The notes beneath the pieces were generated by a model. It was not told the DNA's origin. It made no database searches and saw nothing but the letters and a program-made list of their open reading frames with translations. The translations under genes and the position numbers were made by a program. DNA of 59,877 nt from Actinomycetes bacterium. GTDB lineage: Bacteria > Actinomycetota > Actinomycetes > Actinomycetales > Demequinaceae. Location of the stretch: assembly GCA_023432235.1 (NCBI GenBank), contig JAEYUX010000008.1, forward strand, positions 1-59,877, in the 5' to 3' direction. This document shows positions 15,573 to 28,277 of the stretch, piece after piece. Each line of letters begins with the position of its first letter. The stretch's first letter is position 1.

Positions 15573-17687
15573 GTGGCACAGGACGTGCTCACTGACCTGA
15601 ACAAGGTCCGCAACATCGGCATCATGGCTCACATTGATGCAGGCAAGACCACGACCACTGAGCGCATCTTGTTCTACACGGGTGTGAACTACAAGATCGG
15701 TGAGACCCACGACGGCGCCTCCACCACCGACTGGATGGAGCAGGAGCAGGAGCGTGGCATCACCATCACCTCCGCTGCTGTGACCTGTTTCTGGAACAAC
15801 AACCAGATCAACATCATCGACACCCCCGGCCACGTGGACTTCACGGTCGAGGTCGAGCGCTCGCTGCGCGTTCTCGATGGCGCGGTCGCTGTCTTCGACG
15901 GCAAGGAGGGCGTGGAGCCCCAGTCCGAGACGGTGTGGCGCCAGGCCGACAAGTACAACGTTCCCCGCATTTGCTTCGTCAACAAGATGGACAAGCTGGG
16001 TGCCGACTTCTACTTCACCGTTGGCACCATCAAGTCCCGCCTCGGCGCTCGCCCGCTCGTCATCCAGTTGCCGATCGGTTCTGAGAACGACTTCATTGGC
16101 GTGGTTGACCTCGTTGAGATGCGCGCCCTCGTGTGGCCCGGCGACTCAAAGGGTGACGTGACGATGGGCGCCAAGTACGACATCGTCGAGATTCCTGCTG
16201 ACCTTCAGGCCAAGGCGGACGAGTACCGTGCCGAACTTCTTGAGGCCGTCGCCGAGTCGAGCGACGAACTCCTTGAGAAGTACCTCGGTGGCGAGGAGCT
16301 GACGGTTGCTGAGATCAAGGCCGGCATCCGCAAGATGGTGGTCGCCTCGGAGATCTACCCCGTCCTGTGTGGCTCGGCGTTCAAGAACCGCGGCGTGCAG
16401 CCCATGCTCGACGCTGTTGTCGACTACCTGCCGTCGCCGCTTGACGTGCCGTCGATCGATGGCCACGACATTCACGACGAGGAAACGATCATCGAGCGTC
16501 ACGCCGATGCATCGGAGCCTTTCTCCGCGCTTGCATTTAAGATCGCGGTGCACCCCTTCTTCGGAAAGCTCACCTACGTCCGCGTTTACTCCGGTGCCAT
16601 GGACTCGGGTGCCCAGGTGCTCAACGCCACCAAGGGCAAGAAGGAGCGCATCGGCAAGATCTTCCAGATGCACGCCAACAAGGAGAACCCGGTCACCGCG
16701 ATGTCGGCCGGCCACATCTACGCCGTGATCGGCCTCAAGGACACCACGACCGGTGACACCTTGTGCGATCAGGCCTCTCCGGTGGTCCTTGAGTCGATGA
16801 CGTTCCCGGAGCCCGTGATTCACGTGGCCGTGGAGCCGCGCACCAAGGGCGACCAGGAGAAGATGTCGATCGCGATCCAGAAGCTTGCCGAGGAGGACCC
16901 GACCTTCCGTGTTCGCCTCGACGAGGAGTCCGGCGAGACCGTGATTTCCGGTATGGGTGAGCTTCACCTCGACATCATCATCGACCGCATGCGCCGCGAG
17001 TTCAAGGTCGACGCAAACGTGGGTGCGCCTCAGGTCGCCTACCGCGAGACCCTGCGCCGCGCAGTCGAGAAGTACGACTACACCCACAAGAAGCAGACGG
17101 GTGGATCGGGTCAGTTCGCAAAGGTCCAGATCACTCTCGAGCCGCTTCCTGCGGATTCCGACGTGCAGTACGAGTACGTGAACGCCGTCACCGGTGGTCG
17201 CGTGCCGAGGGAATACATCCCGTCGGTGGACGCGGGTATCCAGGACGCGATGCAGCTCGGTGTGCTCGCAGGCTTCCCGGTAGTCGGTGTGCGCGCCACC
17301 CTTGTTGATGGCGCCTACCACGATGTCGATTCGTCCGAAATGGCGTTCAAGATCGCTGGTTCGATGGCCTTCAAGGAGGCCGCCCGCAAGGCAGACCCCG
17401 CGCTGTTGGAACCCGTCATGTCGGTCGAAGTGCGTACGCCTGAGGAGTACATGGGCGACGTCATCGGCGACCTCAACTCACGTCGTGGCCAGATCCGTTC
17501 GATGACGGATGCGGCTGGCGTGAAGGTCATCGATTCTTTGGTGCCGTTGTCGGAGATGTTCGGTTACGTCGGCGACCTGCGTTCTAAGACGCAGGGTCGT
17601 GCGGTGTACTCGATGACGTTCGACAGCTACGCCGAGGTTCCTCGCAATGTTGCCGAGGAGATCATTGCCAAGACCCGGGGCGAGTAG
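15573..17687 (+). CDS. fusA: Elongation factor G
   Basis: [23 protein letters not shown]. Confidence 0.99.
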   Translation: MAQDVLTDLNKVRNIGIMAHIDAGKTTTTERILFYTGVNYKIGETHDGASTTDWMEQEQERGITITSAAVTCFWNNNQINIIDTPGHVDFTVEVERSLRVLDGAVAVFDGKEGVEPQSETVWRQADKYNVPRICFVNKMDKLGADFYFTVGTIKSRLGARPLVIQLPIGSENDFIGVVDLVEMRALVWPGDSKGDVTMGAKYDIVEIPADLQAKADEYRAELLEAVAESSDELLEKYLGGEELTVAEIKAGIRKMVVASEIYPVLCGSAFKNRGVQPMLDAVVDYLPSPLDVPSIDGHDIHDEETIIERHADASEPFSALAFKIAVHPFFGKLTYVRVYSGAMDSGAQVLNATKGKKERIGKIFQMHANKENPVTAMSAGHIYAVIGLKDTTTGDTLCDQASPVVLESMTFPEPVIHVAVEPRTKGDQEKMSIAIQKLAEEDPTFRVRLDEESGETVISGMGELHLDIIIDRMRREFKVDANVGAPQVAYRETLRRAVEKYDYTHKKQTGGSGQFAKVQITLEPLPADSDVQYEYVNAVTGGRVPREYIPSVDAGIQDAMQLGVLAGFPVVGVRATLVDGAYHDVDSSEMAFKIAGSMAFKEAARKADPALLEPVMSVEVRTPEEYMGDVIGDLNSRRGQIRSMTDAAGVKVIDSLVPLSEMFGYVGDLRSKTQGRAVYSMTFDSYAEVPRNVAEEIIAKTRGE

Positions 17688-17809
17688 TCCCTACGGTTGA
17701 AAATAGGAAACAATAACGACCAGTAGGGGTGCAGCCACCGGCGTAGGGCATCGGCCAGCGCACGTGACACATCACTACCCGAGTCTCATTCACACAGGAG
17801 GAAGCCAAC

Positions 17810-19000
17810 ATGGCTAAGGCCAAGTTCGAGCGGACCAAGCCGCACGTGAACATCGGCACCATCGGTCACGTCGACCACGGTAAGACGACGCTGACCGCTG
17901 CCATCTCGAAGGTTCTGCACGACAAGTTCCCGGACCTGAACCCCTTCACGCCTTTCGATGACATCGACAAGGCGCCTGAAGAGCGCGAGCGTGGTATCAC
18001 CATCAACATTGCGCACATCGAGTACCAGACCGAGAAGCGCCACTACGCGCACGTCGACGCCCCTGGTCACGCCGACTACATCAAGAACATGATTACCGGT
18101 GCGGCTCAAATGGACGGCGCGATCCTCGTGGTCGCCGCCACCGACGGCCCGATGGCGCAGACGCGTGAGCACGTGCTGCTCGCTCGCCAGGTTGGTGTGC
18201 CCTACCTGCTTGTTGCTCTCAACAAGTCCGACATGGTCGACGACGAGGAGATCCTCGAGCTCGTTGAGGTCGAGGTGCGCGAGCTCCTCTCCTCGCAGGG
18301 CTTCGACGGCGACAACGCGCCTGTGGTGCGTGTCTCCGCTCTCAAGGCTCTCGAGGGCGACCCCGAGTGGACCAAGACCGTCGAGGCGCTCATGGACGCG
18401 GTGGACGAGAACGTCCCCGAGCCCGTGCGTGACATGGACAAGCCCTTCCTCATGCCGATCGAGGACGTCTTCACGATCACCGGTCGTGGCACCGTCGTCA
18501 CAGGCAAGGTGGAGCGCGGCAAGCTCAAGATCAACTCTGAGGTGGAGATCCTCGGTATCCGTGAGCCGCAGAAGACCACGGTGACCGGTATCGAGATGTT
18601 CCACAAGCAGATGGACGAGGCGTGGGCCGGTGAGAACTGTGGTCTGCTCCTTCGCGGTACCAAGCGCGAGGACGTCGAGCGCGGCCAGGTTGTGGTTGCC
18701 CCCGGCACCACCACGCCGCACACGCAGTTCGAGGGCAAGTGCTACATCCTCACCAAGGACGAGGGTGGCCGTCACAACCCCTTCTACTCGAACTACCGTC
18801 CGCAGTTCTACATCCGCACCACGGACGTCACCGGCGTCATCACGCTGCCTGAGGGCACCGAGATGGTCATGCCTGGCGACACCACCGAGATGACGGTTGA
18901 GCTCATTCAGCCCATCGCCCTTGAAGAGGGTCAGGGCTTCGCGATCCGTGAGGGTGGCCGCACCGTTGGTTCGGGCACCGTCACCAAGATCCTCAAGTAG
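17810..19000 (+). CDS. tuf: Elongation factor Tu
   Basis: [26 protein letters not shown]. Confidence 0.99.
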   Translation: MAKAKFERTKPHVNIGTIGHVDHGKTTLTAAISKVLHDKFPDLNPFTPFDDIDKAPEERERGITINIAHIEYQTEKRHYAHVDAPGHADYIKNMITGAAQMDGAILVVAATDGPMAQTREHVLLARQVGVPYLLVALNKSDMVDDEEILELVEVEVRELLSSQGFDGDNAPVVRVSALKALEGDPEWTKTVEALMDAVDENVPEPVRDMDKPFLMPIEDVFTITGRGTVVTGKVERGKLKINSEVEILGIREPQKTTVTGIEMFHKQMDEAWAGENCGLLLRGTKREDVERGQVVVAPGTTTPHTQFEGKCYILTKDEGGRHNPFYSNYRPQFYIRTTDVTGVITLPEGTEMVMPGDTTEMTVELIQPIALEEGQGFAIREGGRTVGSGTVTKILK

Positions 19001-19017
19001 TTCAGCACTGAGTGCGG

Positions 19018-19051
19018 GCGAGGGCCCCCGGCATCAGCCGGGGGCCCTCGC
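19018..19051 (+). terminator. Hairpin/likely terminator after tuf
   Basis: GCGAGGGCCCCCGGC/GCCGGGGGCCCTCGC perfect stem. Confidence 0.75.
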
Positions 19052-19268
19052 TATGAACAGGCCGTGTCGAGCACGCGCAGACTGAGTTTGCGTGCTAGGC
19101 ACTCTGTCTGGCACACTATTGCGGTTGCCTCTCGCAGGCAGCCACACGTCTGACCACCACCCCACGAGAAATCGCAGTGGCGCGCGCGCGTTGCGAAGAG
19201 CGACACGCCCGAGCGCGGGGGGCGGTCGGAAGACCACAGATGTACGAGAGAAAAGGCAGAACCACGCC

Positions 19269-19577
19269 ATGGCGGGACAGAAGATCCGCATCCGGCTGAA
19301 GAGCTACGACCACGAGGTCATCGACTCCTCAGCTCGCAAGATCGTCGAGACGGTCACGCGCGCAGGCGCCTCGGTGGTGGGCCCGGTCCCGCTGCCTACG
19401 GAAAAGAACGTGTTCGTTGTGATCCGTTCGCCTCACAAGTACAAGGACTCCCGCGAGCACTTCGAGATGCGCACTCACAAGCGCCTCATCGACATCGTGG
19501 ACCCGACGCCCAAGGCTGTCGACTCGCTCATGCGTCTCGACCTGCCGGCCGACGTCAACATCGAAATCAAGCTCTAA
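19269..19577 (+). CDS. rpsJ: 30S ribosomal protein S10
   Basis: [30 protein letters not shown]. Confidence 0.99.
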   Translation: MAGQKIRIRLKSYDHEVIDSSARKIVETVTRAGASVVGPVPLPTEKNVFVVIRSPHKYKDSREHFEMRTHKRLIDIVDPTPKAVDSLMRLDLPADVNIEIKL

Positions 19578-19599
19578 GGCTGAGAAGGACCCATCCATC

Positions 19600-20262
19600 A
19601 TGACTTCGACTTCCAATGCCCAGCGCGCCGTCACGGCGTTGCTCGGTACGAAGCTGGGCATGACGCAGGTGTGGGACGACCAGGGGCGCGTTGTGCCCGT
19701 GACGGTCATCCAGGTAGACACCAACGTTGTGACCCAGGTGCGCAACGCCGAGACTGACGGCTATGACGCTGTTCAGCTCGCGTTCGGGGCAATTGATCCC
19801 CGCCGCGTCACCCAGCCGCTGCGCGGCCACTTTGACAAGGCCGGCGTGACGCCGCGCCGCCACGTCGCCGAAATCCGTACCTCGAACGCGAGCGACTTCT
19901 CGCTCGGCCAAGAGATCGCGGCTGACGTGTTTGAGGTGGGTCAGCTGGTCGACGTGACCGGCACGACCAAGGGCAAGGGAACCGCTGGTGTCATGAAGCG
20001 CCACGGCTTCAAGGGTGTCGGCGCCTCACACGGTGCCCACCGCAACCACCGCAAGCCCGGCTCCATCGGTGGCGCGTCCACGCCTTCGCGCGTGTTCCGC
20101 GGCCTCAAGATGGCCGGCCGCATGGGTAACGAGCGCAAGACCGTTCAGAACCTGCGCATCGAGTCGGTGGATCTCGAGAAGGGCTACATCCTCGTGAAGG
20201 GTGCAGTCCCCGGCAACAAGGGCGGTGTCGTCTTGATCCGCTCCGCTGTGAAGGGTGCGTGA
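19600..20262 (+). CDS. rplC: 50S ribosomal protein L3
   Basis: [30 protein letters not shown]. Confidence 0.99.
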   Translation: MTSTSNAQRAVTALLGTKLGMTQVWDDQGRVVPVTVIQVDTNVVTQVRNAETDGYDAVQLAFGAIDPRRVTQPLRGHFDKAGVTPRRHVAEIRTSNASDFSLGQEIAADVFEVGQLVDVTGTTKGKGTAGVMKRHGFKGVGASHGAHRNHRKPGSIGGASTPSRVFRGLKMAGRMGNERKTVQNLRIESVDLEKGYILVKGAVPGNKGGVVLIRSAVKGA

Positions 20263-20966
20263 CAACCATGGCTGACACGCTGACTGTTGACGTCGTCGAC
20301 GCGAAGGGAAAGAAGGCCGGTACGGCCGAACTTCCCGGTGACGTGTTCGATGTCGTGACGAACGTTCCGCTGATCCACCAGGTCGTGGTGGCGCAGCGCG
20401 CCGCCGCTCGCCAGGGCACGCACGCAACGAAGACGCGTGCGATGGTCTCCGGTGGTGGACGTAAGCCTTACAAGCAAAAGGGCACCGGCCGCGCTCGCCA
20501 GGGATCGACGCGTGCACCCCAGTTCACTGGTGGTGGCGTCGTTCACGGCCCGCAGCCGCGCGACTACTCGCAGCGCACACCCAAGAAGATGAAGGCCGCC
20601 GCTCTCCGTGGCGCCTTGTCCGACCGGGCTCGCGCAGGCCGCGTCCACGTCGTCAAGGGCCTTGTCGAAGGTGACGCGCCGTCGACCAAGACCGCTCTTG
20701 CCACGTTGGCAGGCATCACCAATGGCCGTTCGGCCCTCGTGGTGCTCACTCGTAACGACGAGCTCGCATGGAAGTCGCTGCGCAACGCGGCGTGGGTCCA
20801 CCTGCTCGCCGTTGACCAGCTCAACACGTACGACGTTCTTGTGAACGACGACGTGGTGTTCACCGCGGACGCTCTCGAAGCGTTCCTCGCAGGCCCCGCC
20901 AAGGGTGCCTCGGCCAAGGCCGTCGCAACCGAGTCCGAGGCTGCTGCCGAGGCGGAGGAGAACTGA
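20259..20966 (+). CDS. rplD: 50S ribosomal protein L4 (alternative start ATG 20268)
   Basis: [26 protein letters not shown]. Confidence 0.98.
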   Translation: MTTMADTLTVDVVDAKGKKAGTAELPGDVFDVVTNVPLIHQVVVAQRAAARQGTHATKTRAMVSGGGRKPYKQKGTGRARQGSTRAPQFTGGGVVHGPQPRDYSQRTPKKMKAAALRGALSDRARAGRVHVVKGLVEGDAPSTKTALATLAGITNGRSALVVLTRNDELAWKSLRNAAWVHLLAVDQLNTYDVLVNDDVVFTADALEAFLAGPAKGASAKAVATESEAAAEAEEN

Positions 20967-20967
20967 C

Positions 20968-21270
20968 ATGACCATTGGCAAGGACCCCCGCGACATCATC
21001 ATCCGACCCGTTGTGTCGGAGAAGAGCTATGGGCTCATGGACGAGGGCAAGTACACCTTCGAGGTGGACCCCCGTTCCAACAAGACCGAGATCAAGATCG
21101 CCGTTGAGCAGATCTTTGGTGTGAAGGTCGAGTCCGTGAACACGATCAACCGCAAGGGCAAGGCGCGTCGCACGCGCTTTGGCATGGGCAAGCGCAAGGA
21201 CATCAAGCGCGCAATCGTCACCGTCGCCGGTGATGGCGTGATCGATGTCTTCAGCGGCCAGGCCAGCTGA
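20968..21270 (+). CDS. rplW: 50S ribosomal protein L23
   Basis: [24 protein letters not shown]. Confidence 0.98.
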   Translation: MTIGKDPRDIIIRPVVSEKSYGLMDEGKYTFEVDPRSNKTEIKIAVEQIFGVKVESVNTINRKGKARRTRFGMGKRKDIKRAIVTVAGDGVIDVFSGQAS

Positions 21271-21286
21271 GTAAGGGACAGGAACA

Positions 21287-22126
21287 ATGGCTATTCGCAA
21301 GTACAAGCCGACGACGCCGGGCCGCCGTGGCTCGTCCGTCGCCGACTTCGTCGAGGTGACCCGTTCGGAGCCCGAGAAGTCGCTGGTTCGTCCGCTGAGC
21401 AAGAAGGGCGGCCGTAACAACACGGGCCGTATCACTACCCGTCACAAGGGTGGTGGCCACAAGCGTGCTTACCGCGTCATCGACTTCCGTCGTAACGACA
21501 AGGACGGCGTGCCCGCCACCGTTGCTCACATCGAGTACGACCCCAACCGCACCGCGCGCATCGCGCTCCTGCACTACGCCGATGGCGAGAAGCGCTACAT
21601 CGTGGCGCCCGACCGCTTGAAGCAGGGTGACGTCGTTGAGTCGGGCTCGGCTGCTGACATCAAGCCCGGCAACAACCTGCCGTTGCGCAACATCCCCACG
21701 GGTACCGTTGTGCACGCGATTGAGCTTCGCCCCGGTGGCGGTGCCAAGATCGCGCGTTCGGCTGGTGCCTCCGTTCAGCTCGTCGCCAAGGACGGCCCCT
21801 ACGCCCAGCTGCGTATGCCGTCTGGTGAAATCCGCAACGTCGATGCGCGCTGCCGCGCGACCATCGGTGAGGTGGGCAACGCCGAGCAGTCGAACATCAA
21901 CTGGGGTAAGGCCGGCCGTATGCGCTGGAAGGGCAAGCGCCCCACCGTGCGTGGTGTTGTGATGAACCCGGTTGACCACCCCCACGGTGGTGGTGAAGGC
22001 AAGACCTCGGGTGGTCGTCACCCGGTCAGCCCCTGGGGTAAGCCGGAAGGCCGTACCCGTAAGGCCAACAAGGAAAGCGACAAGCTCATCGTGCGTCGCC
22101 GTCGTTCTGGCAAGAACAAGCGATAA
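21287..22126 (+). CDS. rplB: 50S ribosomal protein L2
   Basis: [21 protein letters not shown]. Confidence 0.99.
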   Translation: MAIRKYKPTTPGRRGSSVADFVEVTRSEPEKSLVRPLSKKGGRNNTGRITTRHKGGGHKRAYRVIDFRRNDKDGVPATVAHIEYDPNRTARIALLHYADGEKRYIVAPDRLKQGDVVESGSAADIKPGNNLPLRNIPTGTVVHAIELRPGGGAKIARSAGASVQLVAKDGPYAQLRMPSGEIRNVDARCRATIGEVGNAEQSNINWGKAGRMRWKGKRPTVRGVVMNPVDHPHGGGEGKTSGGRHPVSPWGKPEGRTRKANKESDKLIVRRRRSGKNKR

Positions 22127-22138
22127 GGAGCCTGAGAG

Positions 22139-22417
22139 ATGCCTCGTAGCCTCAAGAAGGGCCCCTTCGTTGACGGCCACCTTCAGAAGAAGGTGGACTC
22201 CCAGAACGAAGCGGGTACCAAGAACGTCATCAAGACCTGGTCGCGCCGTAGCGTGATCACGCCCGATTTCCTGGGCCACACCTTTGCGGTGCACGATGGC
22301 CGCAAGCACGTCCCGGTGTTCGTCACCGAGTCGATGGTGGGCCACAAGCTCGGAGAGTTCGCACCCACGCGCACGTTCCGCAGCCACGTCAAGGACGACC
22401 GAAAGGGCCGCCGCTAA
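22139..22417 (+). CDS. rpsS: 30S ribosomal protein S19
   Basis: [21 protein letters not shown]. Confidence 0.99.
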   Translation: MPRSLKKGPFVDGHLQKKVDSQNEAGTKNVIKTWSRRSVITPDFLGHTFAVHDGRKHVPVFVTESMVGHKLGEFAPTRTFRSHVKDDRKGRR

Positions 22418-22445
22418 GGCGCGCCCTGCATAAGGAGTACACAAC

Positions 22446-22811
22446 ATGGAAGCCAAGGCGCAGACGCGGTACCTCCGCGTGACCGCCCAGAAGGCACGCC
22501 GCGTGGTGAACCTGGTGCGCGGTCAGAACGCGGTTGAGGCCGCTGCCTCGCTCAAGTTCCAGCCGCAGGCGGTCGCCGCCGACGTGCGCAAGCTGATCGA
22601 GTCGGCAATCGCTAACGCCCGCGTGAAGGCCGATGCCGCTGGTGAACGCTTTGACGAGCGCGAACTGGTCATCACCTCGATCACCGTCGACGAAGGCCCC
22701 ACGATGAAGCGGATCCGTCCGCGCGCACAGGGCCGTGCCAACCGAATCAACAAGCGCACCAGCCACCTCAGCGTGACGGTCGCAACGCCTGTCAAGGAAG
22801 GGGCCAAGTAA
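22446..22811 (+). CDS. rplV: 50S ribosomal protein L22
   Basis: [19 protein letters not shown]. Confidence 0.98.
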   Translation: MEAKAQTRYLRVTAQKARRVVNLVRGQNAVEAAASLKFQPQAVAADVRKLIESAIANARVKADAAGERFDERELVITSITVDEGPTMKRIRPRAQGRANRINKRTSHLSVTVATPVKEGAK

Positions 22812-23623
22812 TGGGTCAGAAGGTCAACCCGCACGGCTACCGCCTGGGCATCACGACCGACCACCGTTCACGGTGGTTCGCCGACTCGACCAAGAAGGGC
22901 GAGCGCTACCGCGACTACGTGGACGAGGACGTCAAGATCCGTCGTCTCATGAAGCGCGACCTCGAGCGTGCAGGCGTGTCGAAGGTGGAGATCGAGCGCA
23001 CCCGTGAGCGTGTGCGTGTGGACCTCCACACGGCACGCCCCGGCATCGTGATCGGTCGTCGAGGCGCCGAAGCCGACAAGCTCCGTGCATCGCTCGAGAA
23101 GCTGACCGGCAAGCAGGTTCAGCTGAACATCCTCGAAGTGAAGAACGCCGAGATCGACGCTCAGCTTGTGGCTCAGGGCATTGCCGAGCAGCTCGCTTCG
23201 CGTGTCGCATTCCGTCGTGCCATGCGCAAGGGCATTCAGTCCGCGCTGCGTGCCGGAGCAAAGGGCATTCGTGTCCAGTGCTCGGGCCGTCTTGGTGGCG
23301 CCGAAATGTCGCGTTCGGAGTTCTACCGTGAGGGTCGCGTTCCGTTGCACACGTTGCGCGCCAACATCGACTTCGGTTTCTTTGAGGCCCGTACGACCTT
23401 CGGTCAGATCGGCGTCAAGGTATGGATCTACAAGGGCGACATGACGGAGAAGGAGTGGGCTGCTGAGCAGGCCAAGGCTCCTCGTCCGCAGCGTGGCCGT
23501 GGCGAGCGTGGCGGCGACCGTGGTGGGCGTGGCCCGCGTCGGGACGACGTTGCTCGTGGCCCCGAGGCTGCTGCCGCCCCTGCCGCTGAGGCCCCTGCGG
23601 CCGATGCTGGGAAGGAGAGCTAA
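22811..23623 (+). CDS. rpsC: 30S ribosomal protein S3
   Basis: [28 protein letters not shown]; Arg/Gly then Ala-rich C-terminal tail. Confidence 0.99.
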   Translation: MGQKVNPHGYRLGITTDHRSRWFADSTKKGERYRDYVDEDVKIRRLMKRDLERAGVSKVEIERTRERVRVDLHTARPGIVIGRRGAEADKLRASLEKLTGKQVQLNILEVKNAEIDAQLVAQGIAEQLASRVAFRRAMRKGIQSALRAGAKGIRVQCSGRLGGAEMSRSEFYREGRVPLHTLRANIDFGFFEARTTFGQIGVKVWIYKGDMTEKEWAAEQAKAPRPQRGRGERGGDRGGRGPRRDDVARGPEAAAAPAAEAPAADAGKES

Positions 23624-23626
23624 GTC

Positions 23627-24046
23627 ATGCTGATTCCTCGTCGAGTGAAGTACCGCAAGCAGCACCACCCGGGTCGTTCCGGTATGGCGACTGGCGGTAC
23701 CGAGGTCACCTTTGGTGACTTTGGCATCCAGGCGCTCGAGCCTGCCTATGTGACGAACCGTCAGATTGAGGCTGCTCGTATCGCAATGACCCGTCACGTC
23801 AAGCGTGGTGGAAAGGTGTGGATCAACATCTACCCGGACCGTCCGCTGACCAAGAAGCCTGCCGAAGTCCGCATGGGCTCTGGTAAGGGTTCGCCCGAGT
23901 GGTGGGTTGCCAACGTCAAGCCGGGCCGTGTGCTCTTTGAGCTCGCCGGCGTCCCCGAGGAGCTTGCCCGCGAGGCCATGCGCCGCGCACAGCACAAGCT
24001 CCCCATGAAGACTCGCTTCATTACGCGTGAGGGTGGTGACATCTGA
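23627..24046 (+). CDS. rplP: 50S ribosomal protein L16
   Basis: RQIEAAR, RMGSGKG. Confidence 0.99.
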   Translation: MLIPRRVKYRKQHHPGRSGMATGGTEVTFGDFGIQALEPAYVTNRQIEAARIAMTRHVKRGGKVWINIYPDRPLTKKPAEVRMGSGKGSPEWWVANVKPGRVLFELAGVPEELAREAMRRAQHKLPMKTRFITREGGDI

Positions 24047-24285
24047 TGTCGATCGGTTCGAAGAACCTCATGCCGACCGAGTTGGACGCCATGGAGGACG
24101 AGCGCCTTGTTGAGGAGCTCAAGAAGGCCAAGGCCGAATTGTTCAACCTGCGGTTCCAGTCGGCCACTGGCCAGCTGGAGAACCACGGTCGTTTGAAGGC
24201 CGTCAAGCGCGATATCGCGCGGATCTACACGATCCTGCGCGAGCGTGAGCTCGGTATCCGCACGGCTCCCACCGCGAAGTCGTAG
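24046..24285 (+). CDS. rpmC: 50S ribosomal protein L29
   Basis: [16 protein letters not shown]. Confidence 0.98.
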   Translation: MSIGSKNLMPTELDAMEDERLVEELKKAKAELFNLRFQSATGQLENHGRLKAVKRDIARIYTILRERELGIRTAPTAKS

Positions 24286-24301
24286 GAAGAGGTAAGACAC
24301 T

Positions 24302-24586
24302 ATGTCGACTAAGCAGACCACGGACGCTGCTGAGCAGCGCCCGTACCGCAAGACCCGTCGCGGCTACGTCGTGTCCGACAAGATGGACAAGACCGTCACC
24401 GTTGAGGTCGAAGACCGCGTGAAGCACGCCCTGTACGGGAAGGTCATGCGCCGCTCGTCCAAGGTCAAGGCCCACGACGAGTCCAACAGCGCCGGTATCG
24501 GCGACCTCGTGCTCATCATGGAGACCCGCCCGCTGTCAGCGTCCAAGCGCTGGCGCCTGGTGGAGATCCTCGAGAAGGCCAAGTAA
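24302..24586 (+). CDS. rpsQ: 30S ribosomal protein S17
   Basis: [15 protein letters not shown]. Confidence 0.98.
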   Translation: MSTKQTTDAAEQRPYRKTRRGYVVSDKMDKTVTVEVEDRVKHALYGKVMRRSSKVKAHDESNSAGIGDLVLIMETRPLSASKRWRLVEILEKAK

Positions 24587-24647
24587 CCGTTCGTTCGACC
24601 AGGCTCGCGGAACTACGCCGCGAGAACCAGACGACAGGAGAGAAGAA

Positions 24648-25019
24648 ATGATTCAGCAGGAGTCGCGACTGCGCGTCGCCGACAACACGGGTGCCAAGGA
24701 GTTGCTGTGCATCCGTGTACTCGGCGGATCGCATCGTCGCTACGCCGGCATTGGTGACGTCATTGTCGCCACGGTGAAGGACGCCATCCCTGGCGGCAAC
24801 GTCAAGAAGGGCGATGTCGTCAAGGCGGTTGTCGTCCGCACCGTCAAGGAGACCCGTCGTCAGGACGGTTCGTACATCAAGTTCGACGAGAACGCTGCGG
24901 TGATTCTCAAGGGCAAGGAGACGGACCCCCGCGGTACCCGCATCTTCGGTCCTGTCGGGCGTGAACTGCGTGACCGACGCTTCATGAAGATCGTGTCGTT
25001 GGCTCCGGAGGTGATCTGA
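24648..25019 (+). CDS. rplN: 50S ribosomal protein L14
   Basis: [24 protein letters not shown]. Confidence 0.99.
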   Translation: MIQQESRLRVADNTGAKELLCIRVLGGSHRRYAGIGDVIVATVKDAIPGGNVKKGDVVKAVVVRTVKETRRQDGSYIKFDENAAVILKGKETDPRGTRIFGPVGRELRDRRFMKIVSLAPEVI

Positions 25020-25021
25020 TC

Positions 25022-25363
25022 ATGGCGAAGATCAAGAAGGGCGACCTCGTTGTCGTCATCGCCGGACGTGACCGTGGCCAGCAGGGCCGCGTGCTCGAGG
25101 TCCTCAAGGACAGCGACCGCGTGGTTGTCGAAGGCGTGCAGCGCATCCAGCGACACATCAAGCCGGGAACGCGTCGCGACAACATGGAGGGTGGCATCGT
25201 CACCGTCGAGGCGCCGCTTCACATCTCGAACGTGATGCTTGTTGACCCGGAGACCAAGAAGGGCACCCGTGTGGGCTTCCGCACGGAGCAGGTCGAGCAG
25301 GACGGCCGTACGCGCACCAAGCGTGTTCGTATTGCTAAGCGCTCGGGTAAGGACATCGACTGA
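25022..25363 (+). CDS. rplX: 50S ribosomal protein L24
   Basis: [23 protein letters not shown]. Confidence 0.98.
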   Translation: MAKIKKGDLVVVIAGRDRGQQGRVLEVLKDSDRVVVEGVQRIQRHIKPGTRRDNMEGGIVTVEAPLHISNVMLVDPETKKGTRVGFRTEQVEQDGRTRTKRVRIAKRSGKDID

Positions 25364-25923
25364 TGGCGACCGAAACGACTACGCCGCGCCTGAAGACCAC
25401 GTACCGCGAAGAGATCGTCGCGCGTCTGCATGAAGAGTTCGGCTACGCCAACATCATGCAGGTGCCCGGCCTCGTCAAGGTCGTTGTCAACATGGGTGTG
25501 GGAGAGGCCGCGAAGGACTCGAAGCTCATTGAGGGCGCCATCCGCGACCTCACCGCGATCACGGGCCAGAAGCCGCAGGTCACCAAGGCCAAGAAGTCGA
25601 TCGCGCAGTTCAAGCTGCGCGAGGGCCAGGCGATTGGCGCTCACGTCACGCTGCGTGGCGACCGGATGTGGGAGTTCCTCGACCGTTTGCTGTCGACGGC
25701 TCTTCCCCGTATCCGTGACTTCCGTGGGCTGAGCCCCAAGCAGTTCGACGGTCGCGGCAACTACACGTTCGGCCTCACGGAGCAGTCGATGTTCCACGAG
25801 ATCGACCAGGACAAGATCGACCGCGTGCGCGGCATGGACATCACCATCGTCACGTCCGCCACCAACGACGACGAGGGTCGCTCGCTGCTGACGCAGCTGG
25901 GCTTCCCCTTCAAGGAGAAGTAG
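25363..25923 (+). CDS. rplE: 50S ribosomal protein L5
   Basis: [21 protein letters not shown]. Confidence 0.99.
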   Translation: MATETTTPRLKTTYREEIVARLHEEFGYANIMQVPGLVKVVVNMGVGEAAKDSKLIEGAIRDLTAITGQKPQVTKAKKSIAQFKLREGQAIGAHVTLRGDRMWEFLDRLLSTALPRIRDFRGLSPKQFDGRGNYTFGLTEQSMFHEIDQDKIDRVRGMDITIVTSATNDDEGRSLLTQLGFPFKEK

Positions 25924-25925
25924 CC

Positions 25926-26111
25926 ATGGCGAAGACCGCCCTGAAGGTGAAGGCGTCCCGCAAGCCGAAGTTCCCGGTGCGCGCATACACCCGGTGCCAG
26001 CGGTGTGGACGTCCGCACTCCGTGTACCGCAAGTTCGGCCTGTGCCGCGTGTGCTTCCGTGAAATGGCGCACCGCGGCGAGCTCCCGGGCATCACCAAGA
26101 GCAGCTGGTAA
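25926..26111 (+). CDS. rpsZ: 30S ribosomal protein S14, type Z (zinc-binding)
   Basis: 61 aa, CQRC...CRVC zinc ribbon. Confidence 0.98.
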   Translation: MAKTALKVKASRKPKFPVRAYTRCQRCGRPHSVYRKFGLCRVCFREMAHRGELPGITKSSW

Positions 26112-26118
26112 ACAACTA

Positions 26119-26153
26119 CGCCACAGGTCCGCTCTCGAGCGGAAACCACGGCG
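26119..26153 (+). promoter_or_regulatory. Putative S8-binding leader hairpin upstream of rpsH
   Basis: CGCC-ACA-GGT-CCGC...GCGG-AA-ACC-AC-GGCG stem with bulges just before the rpsH SD. Confidence 0.4.
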
Positions 26154-26171
26154 AGGAAGAGTGACTCACTC

Positions 26172-26570
26172 ATGACAATGACCGACCCGATCGCAGACAT
26201 GCTGACGCGTCTGCGCAACGCGAACGCGGCGTACCACGAGCAGGTCTCGATGCCGCACTCCAAGATCAAGGCGAACATCGCCAAGATTCTGGAAGAACAG
26301 GGCTACATCGTCGGCTCGTCCACCGCGGACGCCGAGGTGGGCAAGACCCTGACGCTGACGCTCAAGTACGGCCCCAACCGTGAGCGCGCCCTTGCTGGCG
26401 TGCGTCGCGTGTCCAAGCCGGGCCTGCGTGTGTACGCAAAGGCGAACAACCTGCCCAAGGTCCTCGGTGGCCTGGGTGTGGCAATTCTGTCCACCTCCTC
26501 GGGTCTGTTGACCGACCGTGAGGCTGAAAAGAAGGGCGTGGGCGGCGAAGTCGTCGCCTGGGTCTGGTAA
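26172..26570 (+). CDS. rpsH: 30S ribosomal protein S8
   Basis: [26 protein letters not shown]. Confidence 0.99.
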   Translation: MTMTDPIADMLTRLRNANAAYHEQVSMPHSKIKANIAKILEEQGYIVGSSTADAEVGKTLTLTLKYGPNRERALAGVRRVSKPGLRVYAKANNLPKVLGGLGVAILSTSSGLLTDREAEKKGVGGEVVAWVW

Positions 26571-26592
26571 CCGGGAAAGGAGAGCACTGACA

Positions 26593-27132
26593 ATGTCACG
26601 CATTGGTAAGTACCCCGTTCCGGTTCCCTCCGGAGTGGACGTGAAGATTGACGGCTCCGACGTGACGGTCAAGGGCCCCAAGGGCACCTTGTCTCTCACG
26701 GTCAAGGAACCGATCATCGTGGAGCAGGTGGACGGCGAGATCGCCGTTAACCGTCCGAACGACGAGCGCCTTAGCAAGTCGTTGCACGGCCTGACGCGCA
26801 CCCTGATCGCCAACATGGTGACCGGTGTGACCGATGGCTACGAGAAGAAGCTCGAGATTGTCGGTACGGGTTACCGTGTCGCGCTCAAGGGCTCGTCGCT
26901 CGAGTTTGCACTCGGCTTCTCGCACCCCGTTGTGGTCGACGCCCCGCAGGGCATCACCTTTGCAGTTGAGTCACCCACCAAGTTCTCGGTGTCTGGCATC
27001 GACAAGCAACTCGTGGGCGAGACTGCCGCCAACATTCGCAAGATCCGTAAGCCTGAGCCGTACAAGGGCAAGGGTGTCCGCTACGCCGGCGAGCAGGTTC
27101 GCCGCAAGGCCGGAAAGGCGGGGAAGAAGTAA
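26593..27132 (+). CDS. rplF: 50S ribosomal protein L6
   Basis: [17 protein letters not shown]. Confidence 0.99.
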   Translation: MSRIGKYPVPVPSGVDVKIDGSDVTVKGPKGTLSLTVKEPIIVEQVDGEIAVNRPNDERLSKSLHGLTRTLIANMVTGVTDGYEKKLEIVGTGYRVALKGSSLEFALGFSHPVVVDAPQGITFAVESPTKFSVSGIDKQLVGETAANIRKIRKPEPYKGKGVRYAGEQVRRKAGKAGKK

Positions 27133-27503
27133 TGGGTATCACGATCAAGGGCAAGGGAACTGGCATTGCGCGCAAGCGCCGTCACTTCCGTTTGCGCAAG
27201 AAGATCAGCGGCACGGCTGCACGCCCCCGCCTCGTGGTGACGCGTTCTGCGCGCCACATGGTGGCTCAGGTGGTAGACGACACGATCGGCAAGACCCTCG
27301 CGTCTGCATCGACCCTCGAGGCCGATGTGCGCGCACTCAAGGGCGACAAGACTGCCAAGGCCTCCAAGGTCGGTCAGCTCGTCGCTGAGCGGGCGAAGTC
27401 CGCGGGGATCGAAGCCGTTGTGTTTGACCGTGGCGGAAACAAGTACCACGGCCGCGTCGCGGCGGTGGCCGATGGCGCCCGAGAGGGTGGCCTGGCCCTG
27501 TAG
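27132..27503 (+). CDS. rplR: 50S ribosomal protein L18
   Basis: [21 protein letters not shown]. Confidence 0.99.
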   Translation: MGITIKGKGTGIARKRRHFRLRKKISGTAARPRLVVTRSARHMVAQVVDDTIGKTLASASTLEADVRALKGDKTAKASKVGQLVAERAKSAGIEAVVFDRGGNKYHGRVAAVADGAREGGLAL

Positions 27504-27528
27504 CCGGGACGAGGAGTGAAGGAAAGAC

Positions 27529-28095
27529 ATGGCTGAGAACAACTCGCGTCGTGGCGGTGGCCGCGGCGGTAACGAGCCCGAGAACAAGTTCATCGAGCGC
27601 GTCGTCACGATCAACCGCGTCTCCAAGGTCGTGAAGGGTGGTCGTCGCTTCAGCTTCACCGCCCTCGTTGTTGTGGGTGACGGCGAAGGCAACGTCGGCG
27701 TCGGCTACGGCAAGGCCAAGGAAGTGCCTGCGGCAATCTCCAAGGGTGTTGAGGAGGCGAAGCGTTCGTTCTTCCGCGTCCCCCGCATCCAGGCAACCAT
27801 CCCGCACGCAGTGCAGGGTGAGGCCGCTGCTGGTGTCGTGTTCTTGCGCCCCGCTGCTCCCGGTACCGGTGTGATCGCCGGTGGTCCGGTGCGTGCGGTG
27901 CTCGAGTGCGCTGGCATTCACGATGTGCTGTCCAAGTCGCTCGGTTCTTCGAACGCAATCAACATCGTCCACGCCACTGTGGATGCATTGAAGCGTCTTG
28001 AGATGCCGGAGGCAGTGGCTGCACGCCGTGGCAAGACCGTTGAAGAAGTGGCGCCTGCCATCCTGCTGCGCGCCCGTGCTGCGGGGGTGAAGTAA
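27529..28095 (+). CDS. rpsE: 30S ribosomal protein S5
   Basis: [20 protein letters not shown]. Confidence 0.99.
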   Translation: MAENNSRRGGGRGGNEPENKFIERVVTINRVSKVVKGGRRFSFTALVVVGDGEGNVGVGYGKAKEVPAAISKGVEEAKRSFFRVPRIQATIPHAVQGEAAAGVVFLRPAAPGTGVIAGGPVRAVLECAGIHDVLSKSLGSSNAINIVHATVDALKRLEMPEAVAARRGKTVEEVAPAILLRARAAGVK

Positions 28096-28277
28096 TGCCT
28101 CGTCTCAAGGTGACGCAGAAGCGTTCTGAGATTGGTACCAAGCCTCAGCACCGCGAGACGTTGCGCTCGCTGGGTCTGAAGCGCATTGGCGACATTGTGG
28201 TGAAGGAGGACCGCCCGGAGATCCGTGGCATGGTCCGCGCCGTGAGCCACCTAGTGACTGTGGAGGAGGTTGACTAA
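28095..28277 (+). CDS. rpmD: 50S ribosomal protein L30
   Basis: [23 protein letters not shown]. Confidence 0.97.
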   Translation: MPRLKVTQKRSEIGTKPQHRETLRSLGLKRIGDIVVKEDRPEIRGMVRAVSHLVTVEEVD